A stretch of 23,209 nt of DNA from Bdellovibrionales bacterium. GTDB taxonomy: Bacteria > Bdellovibrionota > Bdellovibrionia > Bdellovibrionales > JAMPXM01. The notes beneath the pieces are model-generated. The model saw only the letters and a list, made by a program, of their open reading frames with translations. It was not told where the DNA came from and made no database searches. Both the position numbers and the translations under genes were made by a program. The stretch spans positions 1 to 23,209 of the forward strand of contig JAYUEN010000031.1 of NCBI GenBank assembly GCA_043739185.1, written 5' to 3'. Position 1 is the first letter of the stretch. Every line of letters begins with the position of its first letter. Below are positions 1 to 8,355 of the stretch, piece by piece.

Positions 1-34
1 ATTGTTTCACCGCCACCGGCGGCGGTGAACTCTA
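1..34. repeat. REP-like GC-rich hairpin (TTCACCGCC-N6-GGCGGTGAA); may also terminate a convergent + strand gene
   Basis: Perfect 9-bp inverted repeat at 6-14/21-29, followed on + by ctctatttttttt. A related copy lies at 3590-3616. Confidence 0.65.
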
Positions 35-775
35 TTTTTTTGCAAATCCCTTGATTAATTCATTCAAAGTAAAGGGCTCTGTTGAAAACATGAGTCCTAC
101 GAACCTACGGCTATCCCAAGAGCCCTGCGAGTTTTTGCGAATACTTCGAAAATATTTGTATACCGCTTCATGAACTTCAAAGGCGGCGCGATCAATCATC
201 GGAACGCCTGCCATAATCTTCGGATCGTACACCAAATTATCCGCCCGATCTGAGTAGGCGCCAAAGCCTAAAGGTCTGCAGCCAATTGGTAAAAATCGAA
301 TGTCGGTATCATCAGGGGGGATAACATATTCACCATCTTTGATTGGTATCATGCGTTTGATCACATATTGGTGAAATTCGCGAATGCGTTTGGCAAGCTG
401 CGGGCTTACTTTTTCAAGTTTCAAAAAGGCTCTCTCGATTAATACTTCTTTGGGCGTTTCGTTGTCATAGGGAATCGAAAGTCTATGATTTACAAAGGGG
501 CCATAGCCATTTTCGGCTTCCCACAGATCAATCAATTCAAAATCGCGATTATTTGGTAAGGCTGACTTTGGAGGAACTCTTACTAAAATCCTTTCTCCAT
601 CTACAACTTTGTATTGGAGCTCAATGAGGTCTGATTTTTCACAGCGAATAACACCGCCACCGCCGCCGTCCTGACCGCCGCCACCACTGCTACCGCCAGC
701 CGCAAATGCTGAAAGCGGCACATTTGAAAATGTGCCGATCAGAATAAATAAAATAAATTCTTTTAAAGACTTCAC
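32..775 (-). CDS. Secreted hypothetical protein with Gly-rich N-terminal linker and HExxY motif
   Basis: 247-aa ORF with GTG start 5 nt after the upstream stop. Signal-peptide-like N-terminus (…LSAFA), then GGSSGGGGQDGGGGG; AFEVHEAVY lies near the C-terminus. Confidence 0.8.
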   Translation of the reverse strand: MKSLKEFILFILIGTFSNVPLSAFAAGGSSGGGGQDGGGGGVIRCEKSDLIELQYKVVDGERILVRVPPKSALPNNRDFELIDLWEAENGYGPFVNHRLSIPYDNETPKEVLIERAFLKLEKVSPQLAKRIREFHQYVIKRMIPIKDGEYVIPPDDTDIRFLPIGCRPLGFGAYSDRADNLVYDPKIMAGVPMIDRAAFEVHEAVYKYFRSIRKNSQGSWDSRRFVGLMFSTEPFTLNELIKGFAKK

Positions 776-780
776 TTTTT

Positions 781-1536
781 TTATTTCGTTTCTTTAGCTT
801 CAATGCCCTGCAAAGTTGGCAATACAAATCCGGTCAAATAGACGCGATCAAGAAATTCGAGAACATAATTTACACCCAACAAGAAAGCGCTCGTCATAAC
901 TTGAGGAAGAGTATTTTGAGCAACGGCCCGCACGCGAATATTTCGCAGATTCAAATTGTTCACGCTGTAACCTAAGACTTGAGAGTCATGATCAATGCCA
1001 TCTTTAAAAATGAATCCGCTACTATAGGTTTGATCTGGGGGCATGATTGGGTTTCCACCTAAATCAATTTTGCCAGTTATCTTAAATTCAGTTGCAATAT
1101 TGTTAGTGGCGGTAACCGGCAACTGGATTATTCCTTCAACTTCAATATAAGGAAAATGATATTCGCGATCGAGTTCAAGTTTCATTTTTCCACGAAAACT
1201 TTTAAGGGATTTAAGGCCAAGATCGCTGCTGCGATTGGCTTCAAGAACTGCAAGGGGGATCTCAAATTCAGTTTTACCGCTGAGATCAAAGTTCCAAGTG
1301 ATGGTCTTATTTTGTGGGTGATCGTACTGAATATATTGGTGCTCGATTATGCCAAGGCGACAGCCATCTTGCATAATTAAGTAATCATGGCTTTCATCAG
1401 TCGATCTTGATTTGTAATTACCTTGAATTTTGGTTTTAAGACAAAGGCTTTCGACTTCACTTGCGGCGTTGGCTCCCAGTCCGGTCAACAATAGTGCAGC
1501 GGCAATGAGAGAGTTAAAACATAGTTTCTTATTCAT
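781..1536 (-). CDS. Secreted hypothetical protein
   Basis: 251-aa ORF, SD AAGGAG just upstream, Sec signal peptide MNKK…LGANA. Confidence 0.8.
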   Translation of the reverse strand: MNKKLCFNSLIAAALLLTGLGANAASEVESLCLKTKIQGNYKSRSTDESHDYLIMQDGCRLGIIEHQYIQYDHPQNKTITWNFDLSGKTEFEIPLAVLEANRSSDLGLKSLKSFRGKMKLELDREYHFPYIEVEGIIQLPVTATNNIATEFKITGKIDLGGNPIMPPDQTYSSGFIFKDGIDHDSQVLGYSVNNLNLRNIRVRAVAQNTLPQVMTSAFLLGVNYVLEFLDRVYLTGFVLPTLQGIEAKETK

Positions 1537-1599
1537 ACTGGCTCCTTTAACAGGGCACTTTCATAAAAAAATTAAAGACATTTCAAAGTTCTTTGAAGG

Positions 1600-1615
1600 T
1601 GCAATTGAGTCGCCA
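1600..1615 (-). promoter_or_regulatory. sigma54 (-24/-12) promoter for the 1536/775 operon
   Basis: Minus strand reads TGGCGA-CTCAA-TTGCA (GG-N10-GC), about 65 nt upstream of the ATG. Confidence 0.7.
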
Positions 1616-1711
1616 TACTATCAGCTTTGCGCTCCGCATCCAGATTTCATTAGTTAAAATTTAACGTCTTTTTTAACAAATTTGTTAATAATATGATAAG
1701 ATACTGTTATT

Positions 1712-2533
1712 ATGATGAAAAATAGCATATTTGAATATGATAATTATAAGCAATTTGCGCTTGATTGGGTGAAAACCAAAGCGCAAAAGGGCCGAGGTCA
1801 GCTCAGTCGAATCGCCGAACATTTAAACATAAGCTCAGTTTCGGTAAGCTATATATTTAGTGGAGAGCGAAATCTTTCAGAAGAACAAGCCCTCGAGCTC
1901 TCAGAGTTTTTGGGATTAAATGAAATCGAAAGCGATTATTTTTTATTGCTGGTCCAGTTCGCAAGAGCCGGTTCTAAAAAACTAGAGCAAAAGTATCTCA
2001 AGCAAATTTCTGAATTAAAAATAAAAGCTCAGGATTTAAAAGCGCGTGTCCCAGAACATCCCGAGATGGATGAGTCTGCAAAGGCAAGATTTTACTCCAA
2101 TTGGTATTTTAGTGGAATTCGTTTACTGAGCTCAATCGACGGGGTTGATGATATTGACTCCATTGTTGAACTTCTCAATTTGCCAAAGCCTCGGGTTCGA
2201 GAGGTATTGGATTTTCTGTTAAGGTATGGCCTATGTATTCAAAAAAACGGCAAACTTGCAATGGGTCCGCAGAGAACTCATATTGATGCCAAATCAGCCT
2301 TGGTTGCGGCTCATCATCGAAATTGGCGACTCAAGGCTATTGAGAATTTTGATCAAATTGCAGAAGACGAACTTTCGTTTACCGGACCGATGACATTATC
2401 GAGAGTTGCAATGCGAGAAATTAGAAGTGAGCTAACCGAGTTGGTTGCGAGAGTAGCTAAATTAGTAGAGCCATCTGAGGCCGAAGTGCTTTCTTGTATT
2501 AATGTTGATTTGTTTCGCATTAAGAAGAAGTGA
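1712..2533 (+). CDS. TIGR02147 / DUF4423 family protein (N-terminal Xre-like HTH)
   Basis: SIFEYDNYKQF start, HTH LSRIAEHLNISSVSVSYIFSGERNLS, FYSNWYFSGIRLL, HHRNWRLKAI and C-terminal INVDLF, all typical of this family. Confidence 0.85.
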   Translation: MMKNSIFEYDNYKQFALDWVKTKAQKGRGQLSRIAEHLNISSVSVSYIFSGERNLSEEQALELSEFLGLNEIESDYFLLLVQFARAGSKKLEQKYLKQISELKIKAQDLKARVPEHPEMDESAKARFYSNWYFSGIRLLSSIDGVDDIDSIVELLNLPKPRVREVLDFLLRYGLCIQKNGKLAMGPQRTHIDAKSALVAAHHRNWRLKAIENFDQIAEDELSFTGPMTLSRVAMREIRSELTELVARVAKLVEPSEAEVLSCINVDLFRIKKK

Positions 2534-2594
2534 AATGTTTGAAAGTCTTGCAAACCAAATCAAACCTAGCCTGCGTGCTTGGCAATAAAATTTC

Positions 2595-3245
2595 TCATTG
2601 GCAGGTGGCAGTTCCACAGGCATTGGTTGCAGTTTGTCCACTCACACTGCAGGCAGATCCGATATCTGCAGGAGCAGGAGTTGGACCAACACAAAATGTT
2701 GGATTTGTGTAAACCCAAGTGAGTGACCCTGAAGCGAGAGTTGGCGTAAAAGTAACTTCTTTTCGGGTGCCATCTGCCAATATATATCTAGTGAAATATG
2801 ACTTATAGGGAAAGCCTCTTGCCGTAACATTCATACTGACCGAGTAAGTATCTGTTGCGGCATTGTAGCTATTGGGTCCCCATGCACTAGCGCTAGTGAT
2901 TGAGACAAAATCAGAGTCATGTAGGCAATTCAGAGCATAATATGACATCAGTCCTGTGCAGCCGCGAAGGCCTGGGCCAGCCCCGGTAACTTTTTCAGAC
3001 AATAAAGTCACGACCGAACCATTGCCCAATGAGCTATCGACAAATGCGAATGGCGGTTTGGCAGCAGAATTTAAATTATTGTTCGCCGAATTATTGACCG
3101 CTATGCCCTGTGAAAGAGTAGTTCCACTAGGTAGAGTTGATGCGCCATTTACGCCAAAACCACCTTGTGCACAGTTTTGAAAGCTAAAAATGATAAGGAA
3201 AAGAGATGAAATTGCCGTCGTAAATTTAATAAAAAATTTTTTCAT
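2595..3245 (-). CDS. Lipoprotein (FQNC-type lipobox) with Cys-rich C-terminal module
   Basis: MKKFFIK-hydrophobic stretch-SFQNC; SD GGGAGA upstream; four Cys in the last ~33 aa. Confidence 0.8.
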   Translation of the reverse strand: MKKFFIKFTTAISSLFLIIFSFQNCAQGGFGVNGASTLPSGTTLSQGIAVNNSANNNLNSAAKPPFAFVDSSLGNGSVVTLLSEKVTGAGPGLRGCTGLMSYYALNCLHDSDFVSITSASAWGPNSYNAATDTYSVSMNVTARGFPYKSYFTRYILADGTRKEVTFTPTLASGSLTWVYTNPTFCVGPTPAPADIGSACSVSGQTATNACGTATCQ

Positions 3246-3274
3246 TGGTTTAGGTCTCCCATACTTATCAATTG

Positions 3275-3290
3275 AGCAAAGGGAGTGCCG
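3275..3290 (-). promoter_or_regulatory. sigma54 promoter for the lipoprotein gene
   Basis: Minus strand reads CGGCAC-TCCCT-TTGCT, near consensus, 30 nt upstream of the ATG. Confidence 0.75.
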
Positions 3291-3490
3291 GAAAAAAAAG
3301 CCATTAAAATCAAGATTGAAATCAAAGTGACAAGCTCAATCGTTTTAGAGTGTTCAAAGTCTTTACAGCACTTGGGATTCTTCGTTACCCTAAAAATGAA
3401 ATCAAATTTAGTGAGTTAACATTGTTTTAGATTCAAAGGTGACTAATCTATTTACAGATTTAATTAATACTGAAGGCTGATCACTGAAAC

Positions 3491-3519
3491 TGGCAAGCGG
3501 TTGACTGCCGCCGCTGCCA
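3491..3519. repeat. GC-rich intergenic hairpin (REP-like family)
   Basis: TGGCA-AGCGG…CCGCT-GCCA imperfect inverted repeat in an AT-rich spacer. Confidence 0.45.
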
Positions 3520-3589
3520 AGAAGACTGATTTAAAATCTAGAGTTGAAACAATACCATTATAAAAAAGAAGACGGTGCTGAAGAAACAA

Positions 3590-3616
3590 TTCACCGCCGC
3601 CAGCGGCAGTACTCTA
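3590..3616. repeat. REP-like repeat copy related to 6-34
   Basis: TTCACCGCCGCCAGCGGCAGT--ACTCTA aligns with TTCACCGCCACCGGCGGCGGTGAACTCTA. Confidence 0.65.
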
Positions 3617-3730
3617 AACCCCTGATTTCCCTAAAAACACACAATTGCAATAAATTTATTTGTTCTTAGACTTCTTCATAGGTTTTGACCACTTATAAAT
3701 TCTGGACCTACATTTAGGCAAATATTGCCT

Positions 3731-3757
3731 CATATTCTCATGTTGATCCGCCGATAG
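3731..3757 (+). promoter_or_regulatory. Possible sigma28 (FliA) promoter for the Fis-like gene
   Basis: Good -10 GCCGATAG at 3750-3757; weak -35 (CATA) at N15. Confidence 0.4.
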
Positions 3758-3827
3758 GTTCAGTGTGAGTCACAAACATTAAGAGATGTCCATTTGTGAT
3801 TCAAACTACTTTTACGGAGGTCTTAAC

Positions 3828-4265
3828 ATGGTACGTTCTACTCTAATTATAGTATGCGACGATCAAGCGACGGTACAGAAAACCGAACAGTTTGGTTTAG
3901 CTAATGGATTTGTTTGTCAGGTCATGACAACCCACGAATGGGAGGCAAAACAGATCACATCTTCTGAAATGCCGTCGCTCGTTTCTGGAGGAGGCGGTCA
4001 GGGCTCAGAATCTGCAAAGGTTTTGCCTTTCCCTGGCGTGAATTTTTCAGGTGGTGGAGGAACAGATCCAAAAAAATCAGTTTCGACTATCAATCAACTT
4101 GAAAATGTCGCAATTGAAAATGCAATTGCTGCATACAAAGGAAATCTAACTGAGGCTGCCAAAGCTTTGGGTATTGGCCGCGCTACTTTGTATCGTAAAG
4201 TAAAGCAGTACAATATTGATCCTGCTGCGGTTCGTACTTCGGCTCGCAAGAAAAAAGCAGCTTAA
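3828..4265 (+). CDS. Stand-alone Fis-family (HTH_8) DNA-binding protein
   Basis: C-terminal LENVAIENAIAAYKGNLTEAAKALGIGRATLYRKVKQY is a Fis/NtrC-type HTH. ATG 3828 has SD GGAGG at 3816-3820 and is preferred over 3786. Confidence 0.85.
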   Translation: MVRSTLIIVCDDQATVQKTEQFGLANGFVCQVMTTHEWEAKQITSSEMPSLVSGGGGQGSESAKVLPFPGVNFSGGGGTDPKKSVSTINQLENVAIENAIAAYKGNLTEAAKALGIGRATLYRKVKQYNIDPAAVRTSARKKKAA

Positions 4266-4291
4266 TAAAATTCAAAGAAAAATTTAAAACT

Positions 4292-4329
4292 GAAAAGCCT
4301 TGGCGCCTCAAAGCCCAAGGCTTTTCTTT
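4292..4329 (+). terminator. Intrinsic (probably bidirectional) terminator
   Basis: GAAAAGCCTTGG-N11-CCAAGGCTTTTC followed by TTT, downstream of the Fis-like stop. Confidence 0.8.
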
Positions 4330-4344
4330 GCTCAATTTTAAACT

Positions 4345-5610
4345 ATGTCATACGCCAAACATTCATTCACTCTGCTGATTTTTATTTCGATAGTGGCGTT
4401 TAGTTTTTACGCTAGTCTGGCCTATCGCTTTCGCCCGGCGCTCGATGAAGTGTGCACAGTTGTTTTTGAAAATTATTTTGATTCGAATGCAACTTTCGAA
4501 TTTCATAAGGCTTGTGAGCGAGCCAAATCGAACTTCCCCAAATTTCTCAGCGCGAGTAAAACGCTATTGCTTTTAAACGACTTATTGTCCTATGTGAAAA
4601 CCTCGCATTTGGCGGTTTTCAGCCCGGATGAAAATGAACAGATATGGTTACATGAGGCCGTCGACAATGGCCTGCGCGTACGCAATATTGGTGGTCAGGT
4701 CGTGATCACTGAAGTCCTTGAGGATAGTCCTGCGAGTAAGTTCGACGTCAGACCTGGTGACGTCATAGCGGCGATCGGCGTACAATCTATTACGGACGCA
4801 ACAGAAGTAACCGGTCGCTCTGGTATTTTCGTAATACTTCGAAATAATTTTGCCCGCGAATTTAAAATCACTGCCGAAAAATACGAAGAAGATGATTCTC
4901 TAAAGATTGAAGCCTTACCAAATGGATTCGCAAAACTTCGAGTCAAAAGTTTTTTAAGTCTCTTCTTCGAAAAAGAAAGCCTTTTGCCCATTCTCACCGA
5001 GCTTAAGAAATATCCCGGGATCATTATTGATTTGCGAGGAAATATTGGCGGCAGCTTTCCTGCTATGATGAGATTATTGTCGGCCTTTGTTTGTAAGCCA
5101 GAATTAGTAGGAAGTCTCATGATCTCAAAGTTTCACGAGCTTGAAGAGACAGATCTTAGTGATGATTTAAGGGTTGAAAGTCAGCTTGCACAAATTCATA
5201 CCGCACAAAAATTAAATTTGAGATTGTTCGAACCAGAAATCTGTCTTAAAAGTCAATTGTGGGTACTGGTCGATCATCAAACCGCCTCGGTTTCAGAAAT
5301 TTTTGCCGATCATTTGAAACTTACAAAACGAGCTAAAATTGCAGGTCAAATGACGGCAGGTGAGGTAGTTATGGCGCAGTGGTTTACTATTGCCAGCCTC
5401 GGGACAAAGGCTGGTGGCGGTACTTATAGCCTATCTGTTCCTATTGCGGACTATCAAAACTTTGAATTTAAAAGAATTGAAGACTACGGGGTTCGTCCTG
5501 ACTTTCTCTTGGAGTATAATCTTGAGACCGCTTTACGTGGCCGTGATTCATGGATTGACCAAATTCTCAAAATGAGACATAAGCAGCTTAGTAACCACAT
5601 TTCTCAGTAA
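4345..5610 (+). CDS. S41 family peptidase with PDZ domain
   Basis: PDZ-like VLEDSPASKFDVRPGDVIAAI, IIDLRGNIGG, TASVSEIF, IEDYGVRPD; N-terminal hydrophobic anchor. Confidence 0.9.
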   Translation: MSYAKHSFTLLIFISIVAFSFYASLAYRFRPALDEVCTVVFENYFDSNATFEFHKACERAKSNFPKFLSASKTLLLLNDLLSYVKTSHLAVFSPDENEQIWLHEAVDNGLRVRNIGGQVVITEVLEDSPASKFDVRPGDVIAAIGVQSITDATEVTGRSGIFVILRNNFAREFKITAEKYEEDDSLKIEALPNGFAKLRVKSFLSLFFEKESLLPILTELKKYPGIIIDLRGNIGGSFPAMMRLLSAFVCKPELVGSLMISKFHELEETDLSDDLRVESQLAQIHTAQKLNLRLFEPEICLKSQLWVLVDHQTASVSEIFADHLKLTKRAKIAGQMTAGEVVMAQWFTIASLGTKAGGGTYSLSVPIADYQNFEFKRIEDYGVRPDFLLEYNLETALRGRDSWIDQILKMRHKQLSNHISQ

Positions 5611-5723
5611 TAAACGCTTCATCTTGGGTTAAAGGCATTCTTACAATTTTGTTGCAGCGGCATACGAGTGTAAAGAATGTATGCGCTCTTCTTCAAATTC
5701 GAAGCTTGAGCGCTGACTTAACC

Positions 5724-5739
5724 CGGCATAAAGCTTGTA
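5724..5739 (+). promoter_or_regulatory. sigma54-like promoter (imperfect -12)
   Basis: CGGCAT-AAAGC-TTGTA (GG-N10-GT), about 25 nt before the ATG at 5765. Confidence 0.45.
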
Positions 5740-5764
5740 TTGTCATAAGAGTGTGGAGGCGATT

Positions 5765-6394
5765 ATGACTAATTCTGAATACAATAAAGAGCGTGCCCAT
5801 TTGAAACAAAAATTCGACAAGAAGTTTATCTTAAGTGAAAAGAAAGTCATAATTGCGACGGCAATCTTATCTATTTTAGTGGTGATTTCGGTTTTCAATC
5901 GAAATACCTTTTCTCATAAAGGCCAAATCGATATGGCATCTCAAGGCGAAGGTCGAGCCAGACAAATCGCCAGCGTTCCACTTGGGACTACCAATTCAGA
6001 AGACTCACTTGCAAAAGAATTATCTCTTAGACCCTTAGATGACAAAGCCAAGTGGGGACAAAATCCTTCGCGAGTCGAACAGCTCACCTTTGGTCTGCTT
6101 GAAGGAAAATATTCAGTGCGCCTCAAAGATGGCAAACTCAATGGATTCGAACTTTCAAATGAAGGATCGCAGCCCAAAATGGTACAAAATCTTGAGCGCT
6201 TTATTTCTGAAAACAAAGAAATTCTACCAGTTAAATTCGATAGCATTTCTCAAGTTCAAAGTAGCAAGAGTGAATTCGATTTCGTTCAGAAATTTACTTT
6301 GATGAGTGCTGCAAGTCGACGTCTAGCCGAGGTCGAGTTTCACCTCGACAATCTAGGCCGTTTGTTATCAATGAAGATAAATAAAAATCTCTAA
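5765..6394 (+). CDS. Single-pass membrane-anchored hypothetical protein
   Basis: SD GGAGG before ATG 5765; TM helix VIIATAILSILVVISVF; RQIAS motif. Confidence 0.75.
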   Translation: MTNSEYNKERAHLKQKFDKKFILSEKKVIIATAILSILVVISVFNRNTFSHKGQIDMASQGEGRARQIASVPLGTTNSEDSLAKELSLRPLDDKAKWGQNPSRVEQLTFGLLEGKYSVRLKDGKLNGFELSNEGSQPKMVQNLERFISENKEILPVKFDSISQVQSSKSEFDFVQKFTLMSAASRRLAEVEFHLDNLGRLLSMKINKNL

Positions 6395-6444
6395 TTAAAA
6401 CTTAAGAGCCTGTTGGGCCCGACTTGATTTGCCGATGAGTCTTC

Positions 6445-8355
6445 ATGGTATATGAAGACTTATTTTCGCGTCGTCCTGACAATAAAAATTCGGCCAGCGA
6501 GCCGCATCTTCTCCTCGAACAAATCGCGGCACCAGTTGATCGCCTGGCGGCCTTTGTTGGTGAGATGCCGGTCTTTGTGCCACTGCTTTCAGTTTTATTA
6601 GCACCATTTAAGCATGATATTTCAATCGCGCAATTTATGGGGAGCCAAACTCAGGTAGCGCTTTCGGTCACCGAAATGTTGATCACCAGTTTTGTTGGGT
6701 TCATTGCCTATCAGACGCTCTTTGTTTATTTCTTCGGAGCCACTCCAGGAAAATATTTTGTTGGGCTCCGAGTGGTCTCAGTATTTGCAGGCAAAAAGCC
6801 AAGCTTTACCATGTGCCTCTTAAGAAGCTTAAGTATTGTATTTGAGTTTATGCTTTTGGGTTTTCCTTGGTTGAGTGCGATATCCCATCCTCAGCGCCGA
6901 GTTCTACATGATCGTCTGAGTGACACTTACGTCAAATGCTTAGATAGGAAAAAAGCAGTTTTTGCCCCCCTCTTTGTTGAAAAGCAATTGGCCCGCAATG
7001 TTCAAGCTCCAGGTTGGGCATTTTTACTATTAGCTGTGGCCATATTCTTTAATTTCGTTAGTAGTGAACGTCGCGATCTAAAACTTGTGAAGGAATACGA
7101 AAGTGTTGAGCAGCTCTGCCAGCCAGTAACTGATGCATATCAAAACTGGCATTCCGATATTGATCCAGATCCTTCTCGGGTTGCGGTCGCTTTAGCGCTT
7201 TATGAATCGCAAAATATCGACGATGCCTGCTTAGAAAAAGAAGCTCACTTTAGTTTGTGGCGAAATCAAGATAAAGATTTAGGCTATTTGGCTTTGGGCT
7301 TATCGCTCTCAAATGAGGATAAGAAATTTTCAGAATACATCGACAAGGTTTGCAAAACTGATAAGGGCGGCGAAGTTTGTCAATTTGCAATGGCTGTTGA
7401 GGCCGAACGTTCAGGAGTTGCCGTCGACTTGAGATTGCCTGCATCGCTCGAGCATGGGAGTGGCCTTTCGCAAATGCCTGAAGTCCACCGCGATTTTATT
7501 CGGCTTCATATTGAAAGACAGCTTCATGAACACAATCAACTTAGTGCTGCACTTGAAGTTATTGAGAAGAGTGCGGCCACTCCAAATTTTGCGGACTACC
7601 TCAACCTCGAAAGACTAAAAATAATGTGGGAAATGGATCGAATGCTAGAGGCTCGCGCGGCTTTTCAAGCTTCTCGCGCTCATGAAACGGGGGCCTCTCG
7701 GCTTCAACTTTCAAGTTGGATGTGTTCAGCCGAAGTTTTAAGTGGCTGCAAAAACGAGAGCAAATCGGCATGCGCTGACTTTGTGGCTGATTACGATCAG
7801 CTCGATAATGAGCCTCAATCAGAATTGGTCGAGCTCAATTATATTCGGGCGCAAAAATGCGTTTCAGCTGAATCATTGGATTATGTCAATGTCGGGAAGA
7901 AACTCTTTTCGGATCACGCTCATGATTATTTGACAGCACTTGAGCTCGTTGAAGATCGAAAATACGGGGGCGCCCGTAAATTATTTAAACATATTGCTGA
8001 TCAAGCTGAGTCCGAAGAGTTTCAATTTCAAGCCACCGCAGACTTGGTCAAATTGGCGAGCACTAAAATCGAACTTGATTATTTCTTTGAAGAATTTTTA
8101 TCTAAGGACAATTTAAGAGCCGAGCCGAATTTTGCATTTGAACTTTTCAATAAATATCTCACACTTGGTGATTTTGATAAAGTAGCTGCGGTGGGAGAAA
8201 GTCTCATCAAGGCCTTTCCTTATAAAACGAGCCTTTATACAACGCTTTTAAAAGAAGCAAAAAAACACAAAAGAGTGAAGTTCGCACAGAAAATACGATT
8301 GCAATTTAAAAAGATGATGCCGCTATCGACTGCCCTTGAGAGCGAGAAATTATGA
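6445..8355 (+). CDS. RDD family membrane protein with large Cys-containing helical (TPR-like) periplasmic domain
   Basis: APVDRLAAFV…GATPGKYFVGLRVV…LLRS…RRVLHDRLSDTYV is an RDD domain, followed by a TM helix and a ~430-aa helical region. Confidence 0.85.
   Translation: MVYEDLFSRRPDNKNSASEPHLLLEQIAAPVDRLAAFVGEMPVFVPLLSVLLAPFKHDISIAQFMGSQTQVALSVTEMLITSFVGFIAYQTLFVYFFGATPGKYFVGLRVVSVFAGKKPSFTMCLLRSLSIVFEFMLLGFPWLSAISHPQRRVLHDRLSDTYVKCLDRKKAVFAPLFVEKQLARNVQAPGWAFLLLAVAIFFNFVSSERRDLKLVKEYESVEQLCQPVTDAYQNWHSDIDPDPSRVAVALALYESQNIDDACLEKEAHFSLWRNQDKDLGYLALGLSLSNEDKKFSEYIDKVCKTDKGGEVCQFAMAVEAERSGVAVDLRLPASLEHGSGLSQMPEVHRDFIRLHIERQLHEHNQLSAALEVIEKSAATPNFADYLNLERLKIMWEMDRMLEARAAFQASRAHETGASRLQLSSWMCSAEVLSGCKNESKSACADFVADYDQLDNEPQSELVELNYIRAQKCVSAESLDYVNVGKKLFSDHAHDYLTALELVEDRKYGGARKLFKHIADQAESEEFQFQATADLVKLASTKIELDYFFEEFLSKDNLRAEPNFAFELFNKYLTLGDFDKVAAVGESLIKAFPYKTSLYTTLLKEAKKHKRVKFAQKIRLQFKKMMPLSTALESEKL

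Noticed and set aside
3716..3730. GGCAAATATTGC as a sigma54 promoter
   Set aside because: GG-to-GC spacing is 8 rather than 10; kept only as a palindrome.
3764..3774. TGTGA-G-TCACA as a CRP site
   Set aside because: The spacer is 1 nt rather than the required 6.
6431..6438. GCCGATGA as a FliA -10 for a leaderless RDD transcript
   Set aside because: No acceptable -35 at N15. Suggestive but too weak to call.
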